DNA of 42,743 bases, taken from NCBI GenBank assembly GCA_002269645.1, contig NIVC01001656.1:1-42743 (forward strand), written 5' to 3'. A program made the translations under genes and the position numbers. Under the pieces are notes generated by a model. The model searched no databases. It was given only the letters and a program-made list of their open reading frames with translations, and was not told the DNA's origin. The DNA is from Macrostomum lignano (lineage: Eukaryota). Of the stretch, positions 23,281-35,500 are shown piece after piece. Each line of letters begins with the position of its first letter. Within the stretch, counting starts at the first letter, position 1.

Positions 23281-24469
23281 TCAAGCTCACTCTCAGGAAG
23301 CGCCTCAAGAACTAAAACTCCAGGATGTTTATAGTATGTCGAAATTTATTGAACTAAATGAACATTATGGTGTCTTTTTGACAGCCTTATATGTACTCAA
23401 TTTTAAAAGTACATGTACCAGCGTGATTGAGCATCGTAGAGTTATTAGAAATTACAACATACTCAACACCAATTTACAGTATTTTACGATGCTCACACTG
23501 CAATTATACTACTGTTACTAACATTTACTAAACCATTCTGGTTTCAAAGTGAGTGATTCGTCAATATTCTAAGAACCAATCGTCAATTGCTCGTATTGAT
23601 ACTTTATAATTCACAAATTTCAGTGTCACAGTTTGAATGAATTGTCCAATTTTCGCTTAAAATGGCCCAGCTTCAGAAGCATAACCAGCTTCTCATATCG
23701 GTACCATCAGCTGCTGTCAGTGAAGACTCAACGGCCGAGGGTTGCTTTTCGGTAAGCCCATCGTGTAAGATATTATAAAGGGAGCGGAGTATCAACCTAC
23801 AAGGCGCAGAGAGTCCACATGTTTGAGTCTATTTGAGTCTGAATAAGCCAACAAATCCGGTCACCAGTGTAAAAATTTCGTGTTATACATTGTGTTTTTC
23901 AAATTTCGTGTGATTTCAGATATGCTGGCCTTAGTTGATGGCCGTGCAAACGAGCCTTTAAGTAAAGAGTTTTTCTAATTTCAAACTTGCTTTCTAGTCC
24001 TGAAATGCAAGCCAAGGACTGCTTAACAACTCAGGACAGGACATTACACTCTTGAATGGTAGAAATTCTAGTAGAAATAGTTGTAGTCCTTTATGCAAAC
24101 AATCGCCAAGTTCTTCAAAGTGAGGTTATTTTTACAGAATTAAAGTGAAATGCGAAAGCAGAAGTGCGCTCGTATGGCCGACCAGCCAACCGCCACTCAT
24201 TTCAGAACAGAAGCACGCAGTCGCTGGACAAAAGAAAGCGATTTCGAAGCAGCACAACCCCCAGTTACAGGTGCAGTATAGCCAAAGCTTTTAAGCTTCG
24301 TAAACTCTTTACATTTCAAATGTCTGTATAAAGTACATATTCACAACATATCAAGACCCGCAGGTGCCGCGTTTTATTCTCATCATCGGTCGACAACATT
24401 TGCTAGAGGTGAGAATAAAGAAGCCCTAGTTAATGTTAGAATTCGCATATGTAATAATATTAAAAATTT

Positions 24470-24772
24470 TATTGATTACACCTGCCCCAATTGGCAGATG
24501 TACGAGTGTAGAATCCGACAGCTCAGTGGCAGCTATTGCGCGGCGCATTTGAAGGCTGCGTACGGCTGTTCAGTCGATGGACTGGGGGGGGGGTCGCCAC
24601 ACACCCTCAAATACCCCAACTAATGCTGGCACCCATTTTACAGCTGGGTGAACTGAAGCAATGCACAGTTTAAGTGTCTTGCTCAAGGACACAAATTGTT
24701 CCGAGTGAGTCAAGAATCGAACCCCTGACCTTTCAGTCCTGATTCCGACGCTCTAACCACTAGACTACAACC
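24470..24772 (-). mobile_element. tRNA-derived SINE (family 1) with conserved central domain
   Basis: Minus strand: A box tagtctagtgg, B box ggttcgattct, then gtgtccttgagcaagacactt and cacccagctgtaaaatgggtgcc, resembling the conserved central domains of metazoan tRNA-SINEs; the exact superfamily is not determined. Confidence 0.75.
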
Positions 24773-25249
24773 CCCTTTAATACAATAATCTAGTAAACTT
24801 AATCATGCCAGTCAATCACAACAAGCTCTCCCTCTCAGTGAAAGCTTAAATTGAGCGACACCCACTTTGAGTCCATGTCACATTTCCGCCTGCACAATTG
24901 CAGCTCTTTTAAGACGAACATGCCCAGAACGGAAACTGTTCTACCCAAGCTCTCTCGCACAATCTTCTCTCACTCAAAAAGATCCAAGAGGAAAGTCAAA
25001 AAACTTTTCAAATAATTTTCCTATGATCTGATTCCTGAGCCTCTATACTCAGCACGTTTAAGAAGGCACAGCCATCGTAGAACAACGTTCAATGAACCAT
25101 GCCAGAAACTCCAGCCGGTATTCATGCAATTCAGCAGCGAAGGCAGCAGTTTTATGGGCACATGAATCTCTGGCATCAATCCATGGCCCCTCTGGGGTCT
25201 ATTGGGGGTCTGTCTTACTTGATTAGAATCTTGAAAAAAATAAAGATTC

Positions 25250-25535
25250 GCTCGATGGTTGTAGGCGTCCTGGCGCAACGCCTTTGGTGACATCGTCCCA
25301 CAACCAGGTGATTCCGCCCATTCGGCTGGCTCCTGAGCACACAAGCACGCCAATACTGTACGCTGGCACGCACTTAGACACACGCTCACACAGGGTGTAC
25401 AGCGATTCAGACTTATTAATCGTCAGGCATCGCACCACAAGCTCCTAGTAAACTTTCGTGCTCAAGCCCAAAACTAATGTGGAGAATCGAACCAGGGAGT
25501 CGTGGTGCGAGATTAAGACGCTTTTGCCGCTGAAC
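25250..25535 (-). mobile_element. tRNA-derived SINE (family 2)
   Basis: A-box-like agcagttcagcgg, B box ggttcgattct; body homologous to the copies in Mx intron 2. Confidence 0.65.
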
Positions 25536-26010
25536 TGCTCTACCCGTCATTTAAAAGCATACATGTACATGTAATGAAGCGTGCAAGTTTGTATTACCAT
25601 ATATACGCTCGTACTTGCACTGTCAGAATCTAGGTACGCGCTGAAGCTCCAGTAACCTTGTGCATTTACATACATGCGTAGCCAGTTCAGGACATATGCT
25701 TGCCAATGGTACAATAGATAAGCGGAAATTACATTTCAATTGGTTTCCATAACCGTAACGCACTACTTTTAAGTCAGTAGTGCTTATTTATTGTTCACCT
25801 CTCTGTGCTTACATCACACAGCTCAATTTAGACTGCACGCAGAGAGCGCCATATAAATTTTCATAGCAACGTGTTTTTAAAAAAGCGGCCGGTTTACTAA
25901 AAAGAGAAGAGATGAAGAGAGGGAGAGAGACTGGGGATAGAGCGCAAATGCCGACCAAATTCTGTGAGAGAGAAAGAGAATTTGAGAGCGCGATACTTGT
26001 CAGATCGTCA

Positions 26011-27640
26011 TCAAGTTGAGTCCACTATAGACGTACTGTAGATCTTGAAGAACTCGCCCATAGTCACAGGGGACGCCTCATCAGCAGAAGTGAGTATAAT
26101 TAAACCGCGAGCGGGCCAAAACGAAAGAGTTTTAGTAGAGACGGCAGACTGAAAAAGAACAATAAAGCTCTCCTGTGTACTCGGAGAGCAGGTAAAGGAA
26201 GGCAGAGAGACCTCGGAGTATCATTAAGCCAATACTAATATAGCGATAAGATGGCAAACATTTGAGCTCAACAAATATTACTTCGTTGTGTGAGCTTCAA
26301 CGTTTGCTTCTACTTACATGCCCCATCAGAATACTTTTGAGTAGTTTTTTGTCAGTAATGTCGAACAGTCGACGAGACCAGATGGCTGGTAGCAGCTCGC
26401 GCAGGTCGGAGACAGCCGACCAGGAGGAGTTTCTTGACCTACTGGCGGCCCTGAGCACTAGCAGAGGCTCAGTTAGTAAGTTCTCAAGCTCATAGAATGT
26501 ACTCTTTGTTGCAAACTGATCTTGCAGATTTCACTGAACGCGGCGGTGCGGACAAAGACGAATGGATCCCTGCCGCGTCTGCGACACGGGAAAATGCGAC
26601 TACTTTAATACCGCAGACTCCAGGCATGTTTAGGTTGCATAGTTACTCTTTAATGAGTTCCTCAAATAAGACCTTATAGTGCTGAGAGTTTACTATTTCC
26701 TGCATCACCAATGTGGCTAGGCTCGATGCAGATACAGGCCGACGTTTCGGATGTCTAACGACGTCGCTGACAAATATGTACTTTTGCATTGCACCGACGT
26801 TCAGGCGACGTATGACGTCATTATCCGTCGATGTAATGTAAAAGTACATATTCGTCAGTGACGTCGGATTGATTTAGGGGAACAGTGGCTCCTCTTATTG
26901 TAGTGAACTGGGGCTGGTACCCTACCTAACTATTTTATGGCTACGCATTGATTAAAAAAATCTTTTTACTGTACATGCATGTACCTGCCGAACTGCATGT
27001 ATACTCCCCCTCCGCAGGATCCCAAAGCGGTCGGCACACCTGGCAGCCTGGCCTGATACCGCCCTGTCTTGAGCCGCCTCATCGCATCCAGTCTCGCTTC
27101 TGCGTGCCTAAGAACACTCTGAATAAAGTCCCGGAACTGAACCATCCCGAACTCAGTCGAGGGCAGAGAAGCTACTTGCATTCGATTGCTCAGATCTACA
27201 GTCTCGATGACACCAAGCGGTCGCTTAGCAACAGTTACTATGGCTTGCTCATGAGCGAGTTGCTCAAAGGTATGGGATTTCAAACATAATTTGCATATTT
27301 TATTTTAAATATTTAAGTATGCACTCGCGTCGCGCAACAGGGAGCCCACGTATGGACGGGTTCGCATTTGGCCCCGCCTAAATGGGTCCTGTAGGGTGAG
27401 CAGCGCTGGACGTCCTTTACGAGCGGCTGAAACAGCTGTATAGGCTGGAAACAGTAGCACTTGGCTCGGATCACGTGGCGTTGTCGCTGGCGCAGGATGG
27501 TGGACAGGCATTGCAGCTGAGTCCCCTTTTTCAGGGCCTTGGTCAGCTTGAAGGGCCGCATGGAGCAGCCTCAAAGGCGCCGAATCCATGAGCTGCCGCC
27601 GCAGCGTCGCCTTCAGTTTTCACGTCTCGAAATATATTTT
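26011..27640 (-). pseudogene. Possible degenerate multi-exon gene of unknown function
   Basis: Several protein-like open segments and one clean phase-0 junction (LMGH|gtaag at 26318/26317; acceptor before 26211, 67 codons to TGA at 26013-26011). Other joins need frameshifts; no family recognised. Confidence 0.3.
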
Positions 27641-27699
27641 CTAAGAAAAATAAGAAAACATAAAAGCAGATCGGCACAGCGCAAATCTTTCCGCTTGGC

Positions 27700-28240
27700 G
27701 TCAAATGGCACCACAATGGCCGACCCGCCCCTTGTGCCCCTCTCCGCCCCCTTGGCCTGGCCTCCAATATAGAGCTGGTTAGGTGATACACTTGTGGCTT
27801 GCAGCCCTATAGGTAGTCGCAATATTTTGCTTGATAGGAGACTCGCCCTCGGATACAAGCATTCCAGACTCGCTCCAATAGTTAAGCAATTTCCAAGACT
27901 TCTGGGTTTCCCCGCTCTTGGACTGCTTTCAGTAGTATACCAAACATTTTCAATTCCAATTCTGTTTTTTCGCGCACTCCCGGGATTTGTCTGCTCGGTG
28001 GTGGCCTGGGTGGACTCGGTCCTAGCTCCGTCCCTGATTCCACTAATATTGGGTTGGCGGTGTCTTGTACCATAGGCTTGGGTTAGTAGCCTCCAAAATT
28101 CCCCTGGCCTAGACGTCGGGGTCCAATCAGGCGGGTATATCGGGCTTTATGCCCCTGGTAGTGCCCCTCAGCGGCAGAGCCCCTCTCAGGCCTGATCCGC
28201 TGGTAGCCCCCGGCTTACCACCCCGTTTAACAACAACAAT
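27700..28240 (-). mobile_element. Degenerate 5' part of an APE-endonuclease non-LTR retrotransposon (RTE-like)
   Basis: One frame gives RIGIENV...LRLPIGLQAT...QLYIGGQAKGAERGTRGGSAIVV, resembling the APE N-terminal pattern RIGTWNV...IDIIGLQET...YLGG...GVAILV, preceded by a GC-rich 5' UTR-like segment. Confidence 0.45.
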
Positions 28241-28538
28241 CTAACCAGATAGAACTATTTTTAAACATGCACTAGGAGACAGGATCGATTGTAATTTTGC
28301 CGCAATTTGCTTGCCGATCTCCGGCATATTTTAAAACTACGAACTTATGAATCTGCCTCTGACAAAGCGCAAACTTGCTTGGTTTTGCAAGTATATATAG
28401 CGTCCTTATACTTTTCACTTAAATGATCGAATAATATTGAATATTATCTTCTTTTCCACCTGAATTTAGTCAGTTTTTTATCTTTTACCCGTAAATCTTG
28501 CAATAACTGATTCATGGACCAACTTTGACTCTATCCAG

Positions 28539-29273
28539 GCGGCGGCCGAGAAGACAGTCACAAGCGCTATTCTGGTTGGATTTACGGCAACCACAAGCGA
28601 CTGTTTGAGACAAATCCGAAGATTTGGAGATCCAGGTGAATATTTTGCTGAGAATGCCAACTGTAATTTGACACATTATACCTTCACTTATAATGAAAAT
28701 TATGCTGAAAAGCACAAGTGTATACAAATGTAACTCCACTCCTTCATCACCAGGAAACTAAAAAGCAGCCGAGATGATTCCACTGCTCAACCTGCGTCAA
28801 GCGACAGGGCCAGTGCTGCTGCCCGAAAGAGCGAATCTCGCACTGATCGGTCTAAAGAAAAATCCCCGAAATCTTCGACCAAAAATCGAACGGCTCAGCC
28901 TGCCGATGCTGCTAAACCGTCGTCGCCTTCAAGCGAGTCTAAGGAGCCAAAACCGACGTCAGAGTCGCAGCAGGAGCAGCCTAGTCGACGACTTCAAAGC
29001 GCTCGATCGCGTCCCAGTCGAAATGGAAGCGGCAAATCAACTCGAACTCGAGCTGACAATGATCTGGAGGAACCAACAGTGCGGGTGTCTGGGACTGGAA
29101 CGGCTGGCGAATCTCGGGCCCGATCTGCGGGGCGGGGGTCCCGGACCACCTCCGCTGCCAGCAGACCCAACCACAGAGCGGATAAGAACAGAAGCGTCTA
29201 TGCAGACAGCGATGACGATGATGAAGTTGATCGGGGCCGTCGACCCAGGGACTTAAGCAGCATCATGTACTGA
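28539..29273 (+). CDS. Possible last two exons (28539-28635, 28754-29273) of an unknown gene with a S/R/A-rich disordered C-terminus
   Basis: GT-AG junction in phase 2 gives GGREDSHKRYSGWIYGNHKRLFETNPKIWRSR|KLKSSRDDS...DSDDDDEVDRGRRPRDLSSIMY*; 172 open codons in the last exon; upstream exons not found. Confidence 0.4.
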
Positions 29274-29889
29274 GGATTCCTTATTTATTTTCTTCTGACA
29301 GTTTCAATTTTTACCTTATGAGTTTGTATCTTTTGAAATTTTTATCATATTTTTAAGCAATTTTTGCACAGCTGCACTTTGAACTGTTTCTTCTATATTT
29401 CCTCCGTAATTCCGTAATTGACATGTTACATGTACAACAATTTACATGTAATTGAACTTGGAGCTATACGAGACTATTTTTAAGACGATTCTATTTTTAA
29501 ACTGCGGTTTTCCCTCTCTTTGAAACATTTTCCACTGCACTCTAGCAAACTAAATTTACTTCGGTAGAATCCTTTAGCTTGAGCAGAAATACATACATGA
29601 CGAGGTAGCTCGTAGTTACACGTATTCTTTAGTGTAACTTGCACCACTTGGGCCACTTACATAGGTATAGGCCTTACTCGAATGTAAAATTTCTTACTAG
29701 CCTTCGGCACAAACAAACAGAACAATGTAGATACGAGTAAATTATGATTCTGCTTGTGTCCATCGATCGAGTTTTGGCGTGCGCACAGATGGCTCGCTTC
29801 TCATTAACAGCAGCTTTCCCTGGCAACATTGGATTTGACCGCGGGTAACTTGATCCAGTTAGAGGAGTTAACGTCCCGCTCTCAGAACT

Positions 29890-30940
29890 AACTAAACTAA
29901 CTACTGACGGGGGGCGCAGGCGCCGCGAATAGGCCGCGAGGCCCCTATCGCAACCCCAAGGTAAAAGAGCACAAGGATAAGCCTTGGGGGTGCGCCCAGT
30001 CCCCGCCAGTAGTCGGCAGGTCCGCAGTGGAGGCATCGGCGACCCTCATCCGGCCGGAGTCCCGGACGAAGGCGCGGAGGTCTCGGATATTGTCCGCGGT
30101 GGTCAGCTCGTCCATCCGCTGGGGGTGGCCGAGGTATTTGTGCCGCGCCTTGTTGAAGTAAGGGCAGAAGGTGACGTGATGCTCCGCGGTCTCCTCTCCT
30201 ATGCCACAGAAGGGACAGGTGGGAGGGCAACCGGTTTGCAACGATATATGTCTCTGGAAGAATCCGTGGCCGGTTAGGACCATGCACATCTCCCTGAGGT
30301 CGGTTCTGTTAAGCGAAATCAGATAATCAGAGACTTTCCTGTTCAGGTTAGGCATGGCAGAGCGGCTCTGCCTGTACTCGGTGCAGCTGTTCCAGTGGAG
30401 CTGGTGCTGCTGATGGAGCCACCTGTTGATATGGCGGGTGACTTGCGACCTGGGGGTGGGTAGCCTCATCAGACGGTGGTTGCCGTCTGGGTTGCTGCCC
30501 TCCTTGGCGAGAGAGTCCGCGAGCTCGTTGCCCAGGATGTTGCTGTGACCAGGTGTCCAGATAATTCTAATCCTGTTAAGGACTGAGAGAGATTGCACAC
30601 TGCGGTGGCATTGAGATACTGTAGCAGCGGAGATATTCTCAGTGGTTAAGGCCTTAATAGCAGCTTGGCTATCAGTGTAGAAATTAATGTCAAAATTATT
30701 AATGTTCGCCTGAAACAGTTGCTGGGCACACTGCTCAATGGCGCAAATTTCAGCTTGGAAAACTGAGGTGTTCTCACCGAGGTGCAGACTTTCCTGGAGA
30801 AGCATCTTACCCTCGTGGAAAATGGCAATACCCGCTCCAGCGCGGCCGTTGAACAGCGAGCCGTCGGTGAAGCAGTGAATGCCCTGGCTGCGCCGGTTCA
30901 CACCGACATCCAGCGGAATGTTGTCAGAAAGTGTAACCTG
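29890..30940 (-). mobile_element. 3' part of a Loa/R1/I-group non-LTR retrotransposon: intact RNase H, CCHC finger, structured 3' UTR and (TAGT)n-like tail
   Basis: [33 protein letters not shown] (all catalytic residues present), then LTGHG and [18 protein letters not shown]; hairpin cgcaccccc-aagg...ccttgggg-ttgcg; tail tagttagtttagttagtt at ~29890-29907. No RT upstream. Confidence 0.85.
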
Positions 30941-31229
30941 TTGATGTAGGATAATCCAGAACTTCCTGTTTGTGCTCCAGCAGTCACGACAGTATTCATA
31001 TGCAAGGCTGATCGATCTATTAACTGCATATTCATGTAGTAGACTATCGTACATGTACTTTAAAGGCTGTGAAGCATGCAAATGCACATTTACATGCAAA
31101 TAAACACACCTGCTGTTAATTAAATACATGTACCTGCAATCAAAGACGAATCTAGGAGGGGCTACACCTAGGGGGTTAAAGCTGCCTTGAACTACTGATC
31201 TACCAAACAGCTGGAACACCCTATCGCGG

Positions 31230-32520
31230 ACCCGCGGAGCGCCCGGAGGCGCTCAGCGCGCGCTGAATCAGACCGCACCTCCGGGTGCTCCTGGCAGGTT
31301 TGCGGTTGCGATTGCTGGTTTCAGCAGCGCGGACTGCCTTACCGGGCTTGAGTCAGCCGTTTGCCTCAGCTTCTTTACCGGAGGAGCCTGGGCCCCAGTT
31401 CCGGTTTCGGAAGCCTCAGCATGCTTGGCTTCATCAGCTTTCCGCTCCTCGCAACGGAGGATGGTCAGCTGAGTCAGACCAAGCTGAATTGTGGCTTAGG
31501 CGGCAAGCGCTTAGCCCAAGCGTTAGAGAGCCCTAGGATCACCGTGCATGGTCCCCTTCTCCGTACGGGAAGTGACGTGTGGTGTATAGGATCCCGTTGA
31601 CCTCGAGGTGCAGGGTGCATGCAGCTTTGGCAGGATCGCCTCCGAGTTGCACCAGATAAAGATGCGGCCTTCGATCTTGGCTGGTCATAAGCGCAGCATC
31701 AAAGGTGCGCCATGATGGGCACTGTCGAGTTGATCAGCAGTGAGTTCCTTGCTCCTCCCCGAAGAGGAGGAGCTTGTTGGAGCTTTGAGTTTTGAGGCGT
31801 AGTTGGTGGCAGCGGCAGCTCACGAAGGCTCGGTCACGCTGATGGCAGGTTTTCTGGGTGGCACATCAAACGGGGGGTTTTTTGCTGGGGGGGGGGTGGG
31901 CAGGGGTCGCTGGCTCCTTTCGGCCCAACAGCAGCTTTCGACCTCCCGAGGTTTCCCCTTCGCAGGTGGCCGACCCGCAGCTTCCCTGTCTCGGTGTCGC
32001 CGTCGCCGCTAATTGCGACGTTTGATTGTGGGCACTTCGGGCCTCCACGGAGGGCCCGGTTGCACATGCGGGCTTGTCGCCTGACGAGCCGGCGGCGAGC
32101 CCAACTGCCCCGGTAGAACGGAGTTGCTCTGGACGGAGTTGCCGGGGTCCCTCCCGGCTTCAGCGGGATTTGTTTGAGGCCGTAGAAGCCACGGCTGAAA
32201 GCGGGAAAGGGTGAGCAGAGTCACGAAAGAAGGGTGGAAAAAATAAAAAAGAAAACCGCTAGCTACAGCGGCCGGTTTTGCTCCCCGACCTTCAGCCCTT
32301 CGGCGCGGTCAATACCTTAGGCATTGAGGGCAGTATAGCAGTGCCAGGTCCCGCAGTCTAGCTGCGTACCAGCTGTTACGGTCAAAGCTAGGGTACGACA
32401 GGAAAACGACAGGTAGGCGCACCGCGGGATAACCCGTACCCTTAGCGGCTAAGGCTCAAGGCCAAAGCCACGGAAGGGTGACCGGCGCCGTTTCCCAGTC
32501 TGTCCAGTGGTCCTAGGGTC
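31230..32520 (-). mobile_element. Possible degenerate ORF1 and 5' UTR of a non-LTR element
   Basis: GC-rich segment with broken low-complexity frames including NYASKLK..., collinear with and upstream of the RNase H segment; weak support. Confidence 0.3.
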
Positions 32521-35500
32521 CACGTTGAACACTCGCGGGATTCTTTGAAAGAGGCTGAGCAGGTGTGAAACATCGACGCAGACAACAGCCCATAGGCCTA
32601 ACGTCTGTTTCATATTTCACAGGCATGCTTGCCTACCACTGCGAGCGGTTTAGAGCCGAACTTCGGATTTAAGTTGACGTTTCCTCTAGTCATGTTGACA
32701 AAATGATAATGGTAATCGATCGAATATTTTAAGTTCACGATCGCGTTTTCACGAAGATATAAAAAACTGTGCACTATTTCAAAACGTGTTTGCTTAAGAT
32801 TTGAATTTGAGAACTCTCATACATACTCTAGGCTCTGCGCTTTCGATCTGACTGAATAATTTGATAAAAGAGTGGGAGGCTGGATCTTTATCTTCATTAT
32901 TCAACCGCTAGGCTATTTTTCAAAGCTTCGATTTAATTATTCAATGAAGTCAAGAAAGCTACATCATTAACTCAATTTCAATGAGTTAGGCCCTACATCA
33001 ATGGATTTGATTTGAGTTGAAATTTTGTTTGGTAATGTTTTGAAGATATTCAAACTTTATTTGGAATACGCCTACAACTTCTATAATAAATGGTTACCTA
33101 TTTGTTTAAAGCAGTTATAGATATATATAAATGGAAAACAAATGAAAAAGCTTTTTTGGCTAGCCACTAGGCCTAGCTAGGCCTAATCCCATGGCTATAG
33201 GCCTAGCCGTATAGGGCTACAGGCTATGCATAGGCCTATGTCCTATGTCCTATGGCCTATTTAAATAAGCCTAAAGGGCCTATTAGTAGACAGCTACTAG
33301 TACTATTAGGTTATGCCCTATGGCTCTGGTTAAAGGATTCCATTATAGTAGGAGTGTAGGACATGATTCTATTAGGCCTATCACCTTTTTTAATTGAATT
33401 GAATATGATCTATAATAAGTTTGTTGAACTTAGGCAATATAATTTAGGCCTATAATTAAATATATGTTTTATATTGCTATAGGCCTACCTTTTGCCTTAA
33501 TAAAAATCATCATAACATAAGTGCAACCTTTGAAATTATATCTGTTATATTTTATAACTAATATACTTTAGTTTTTTAGGCCTATTCATTTTTTTAAATT
33601 TGTTGTTTTGTTTTGTCTTTTCTATATTTGTTTTTCTAGACTAAATTTTCTTTTGCTTGCCATGTTTGCTCTTTTCTTTTTGCTCTTCCTTGAATCCTTG
33701 GTCTATAATAATTTAATTTTAGGGGGCCTCTAGATAGGTTAGTAGTTACATAGTAGTTATATATTCTTATATAAGGCTTATTAATTTACATATTGGCTGG
33801 CTTACTATGGCTTCAAGTAAGTGACCAATGTGGTTTTGTATTTTTGTTAACATACATGTGCAACCTCCTTGGCTATACAACACAAGCCATCATATATAAG
33901 ATCATATCATTTGCGCTAGAAATTTCTGACAAGCAATTTTAACAGCTAGGCCTAGTGTATACTAGTACAATTTTTTTAAAAAGTCTTGTGGTGCATATAT
34001 GCTTAAATTTTGGTATATAGCATGGACTATATAGTATACATACACTTATTTTAGACTTAAAAAAAGATTGCACCATGCCATTATTGTTTATAAAAATATA
34101 TATTATGTGCAAATTCTATCTGACCTGGCCAATCTGGCCACTTTAAATTGTGGTGGACCAGGGGTAAGTTGCAAAAATGCCCACTTAAAAGAATATAAAG
34201 TAGTACTAATTAGATTATAAAAGGTATTCAGCCTTGATAAGACAGTCATAGTTACTCTTGCCATTTACCTAAAATTGTGTTAATTTTGCCTTAGTTTCTT
34301 TTATAGGTAAGTTGCATGGCCAGTGTAAATCAGGGGGTATACATTATATAAGCGCAATAAATCACATTTAAGTTAGGCCTTATGTAAATTTTAGTATTTA
34401 AAAAAAGTTTAAAAAATTATATAGCATTAGGTTGTAAGTAGGCCTATATAATTTAACAATTCTTTTGCAAATAGATTGTACATATATAAAAAATAATAGT
34501 TTTATCAAAAAAATGTTTGCACTTTTAATTTATATAAATGTTAGTGTTAAAGCTAGAATAAGCTAAGGACTAAGAGATTGCAGACTTACCACTGGCACAC
34601 CTAGTGTACTAATGCATTTTTTGCCTGGTATACCCAGCACATTAATTAAAAATAATAAAAAATATATTTGCATATTTTTGGGTAACTTCTAGTGCACACA
34701 TACATGATCCTACTATTGACTGGCTTTATAACTTATTTTTTCCAATAGCACCATAGGCAGGGGGCAGAGGGGGCTGCTGCCCCAAAATGACCATCCTCTA
34801 TCCCCTTAGGGGGGTGATGACCCTTCCATATCTCCATAAGGTGCCCCACCATAATTTTTAGTGTATGCTCATTATATGCACTATTTTGAACTTTTTGCAT
34901 ACTGCACTGCTCTAATTCTAAAAATTTGCTAGGAAGAGATAATTACCTAGCTGCCACTCCCCTAATCAGACTTGCTGCACTGCCACCACTTTTTGACCAA
35001 AGATTTAATTTATCTATGAAAGAAACCAAATCAAACATTAACATAGTTTTAGGTAAATGGCAAGAGTAATTATGACTGTATTATTAAGGCTAAATGCCTT
35101 GCCAGCTAATTAGTAAATGTCTATTTTTTGGGTTGGCATTTTTGCTACTTACCTTGGCCAGGCCCCTCATTAGCCAGCGGGCTCAACCAGTTGTTGCACA
35201 TGTATGACTGCTAGCCTAGTCCATCTAAGTGACTTGTACTATTGGTGACTCTAGCTAGCAAACCACCTCATCTGTACTAAGATATACTGCCTACCACTAG
35301 TGTAGAAAGTGCTATTACTAATGCTGTGGGCAAGGGCAGGCCTAGTCTTGACTTCCCAATCATTAAGCATGTACACTTTGAAACTTGGAGGTTGGCCTTA
35401 ATAACTGTGAATTTCCAAAAACCTACAAATTTATATGCTTAGCACAAGGATCCACAACTTATTTTAAAAATCACTCCAATAGGGTTTGCCATATAAATCA

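Noticed and set aside
24700-24772. tRNA gene (also 25470-25535)
   Set aside because: A/B boxes without a complete cloverleaf, followed by SINE bodies.
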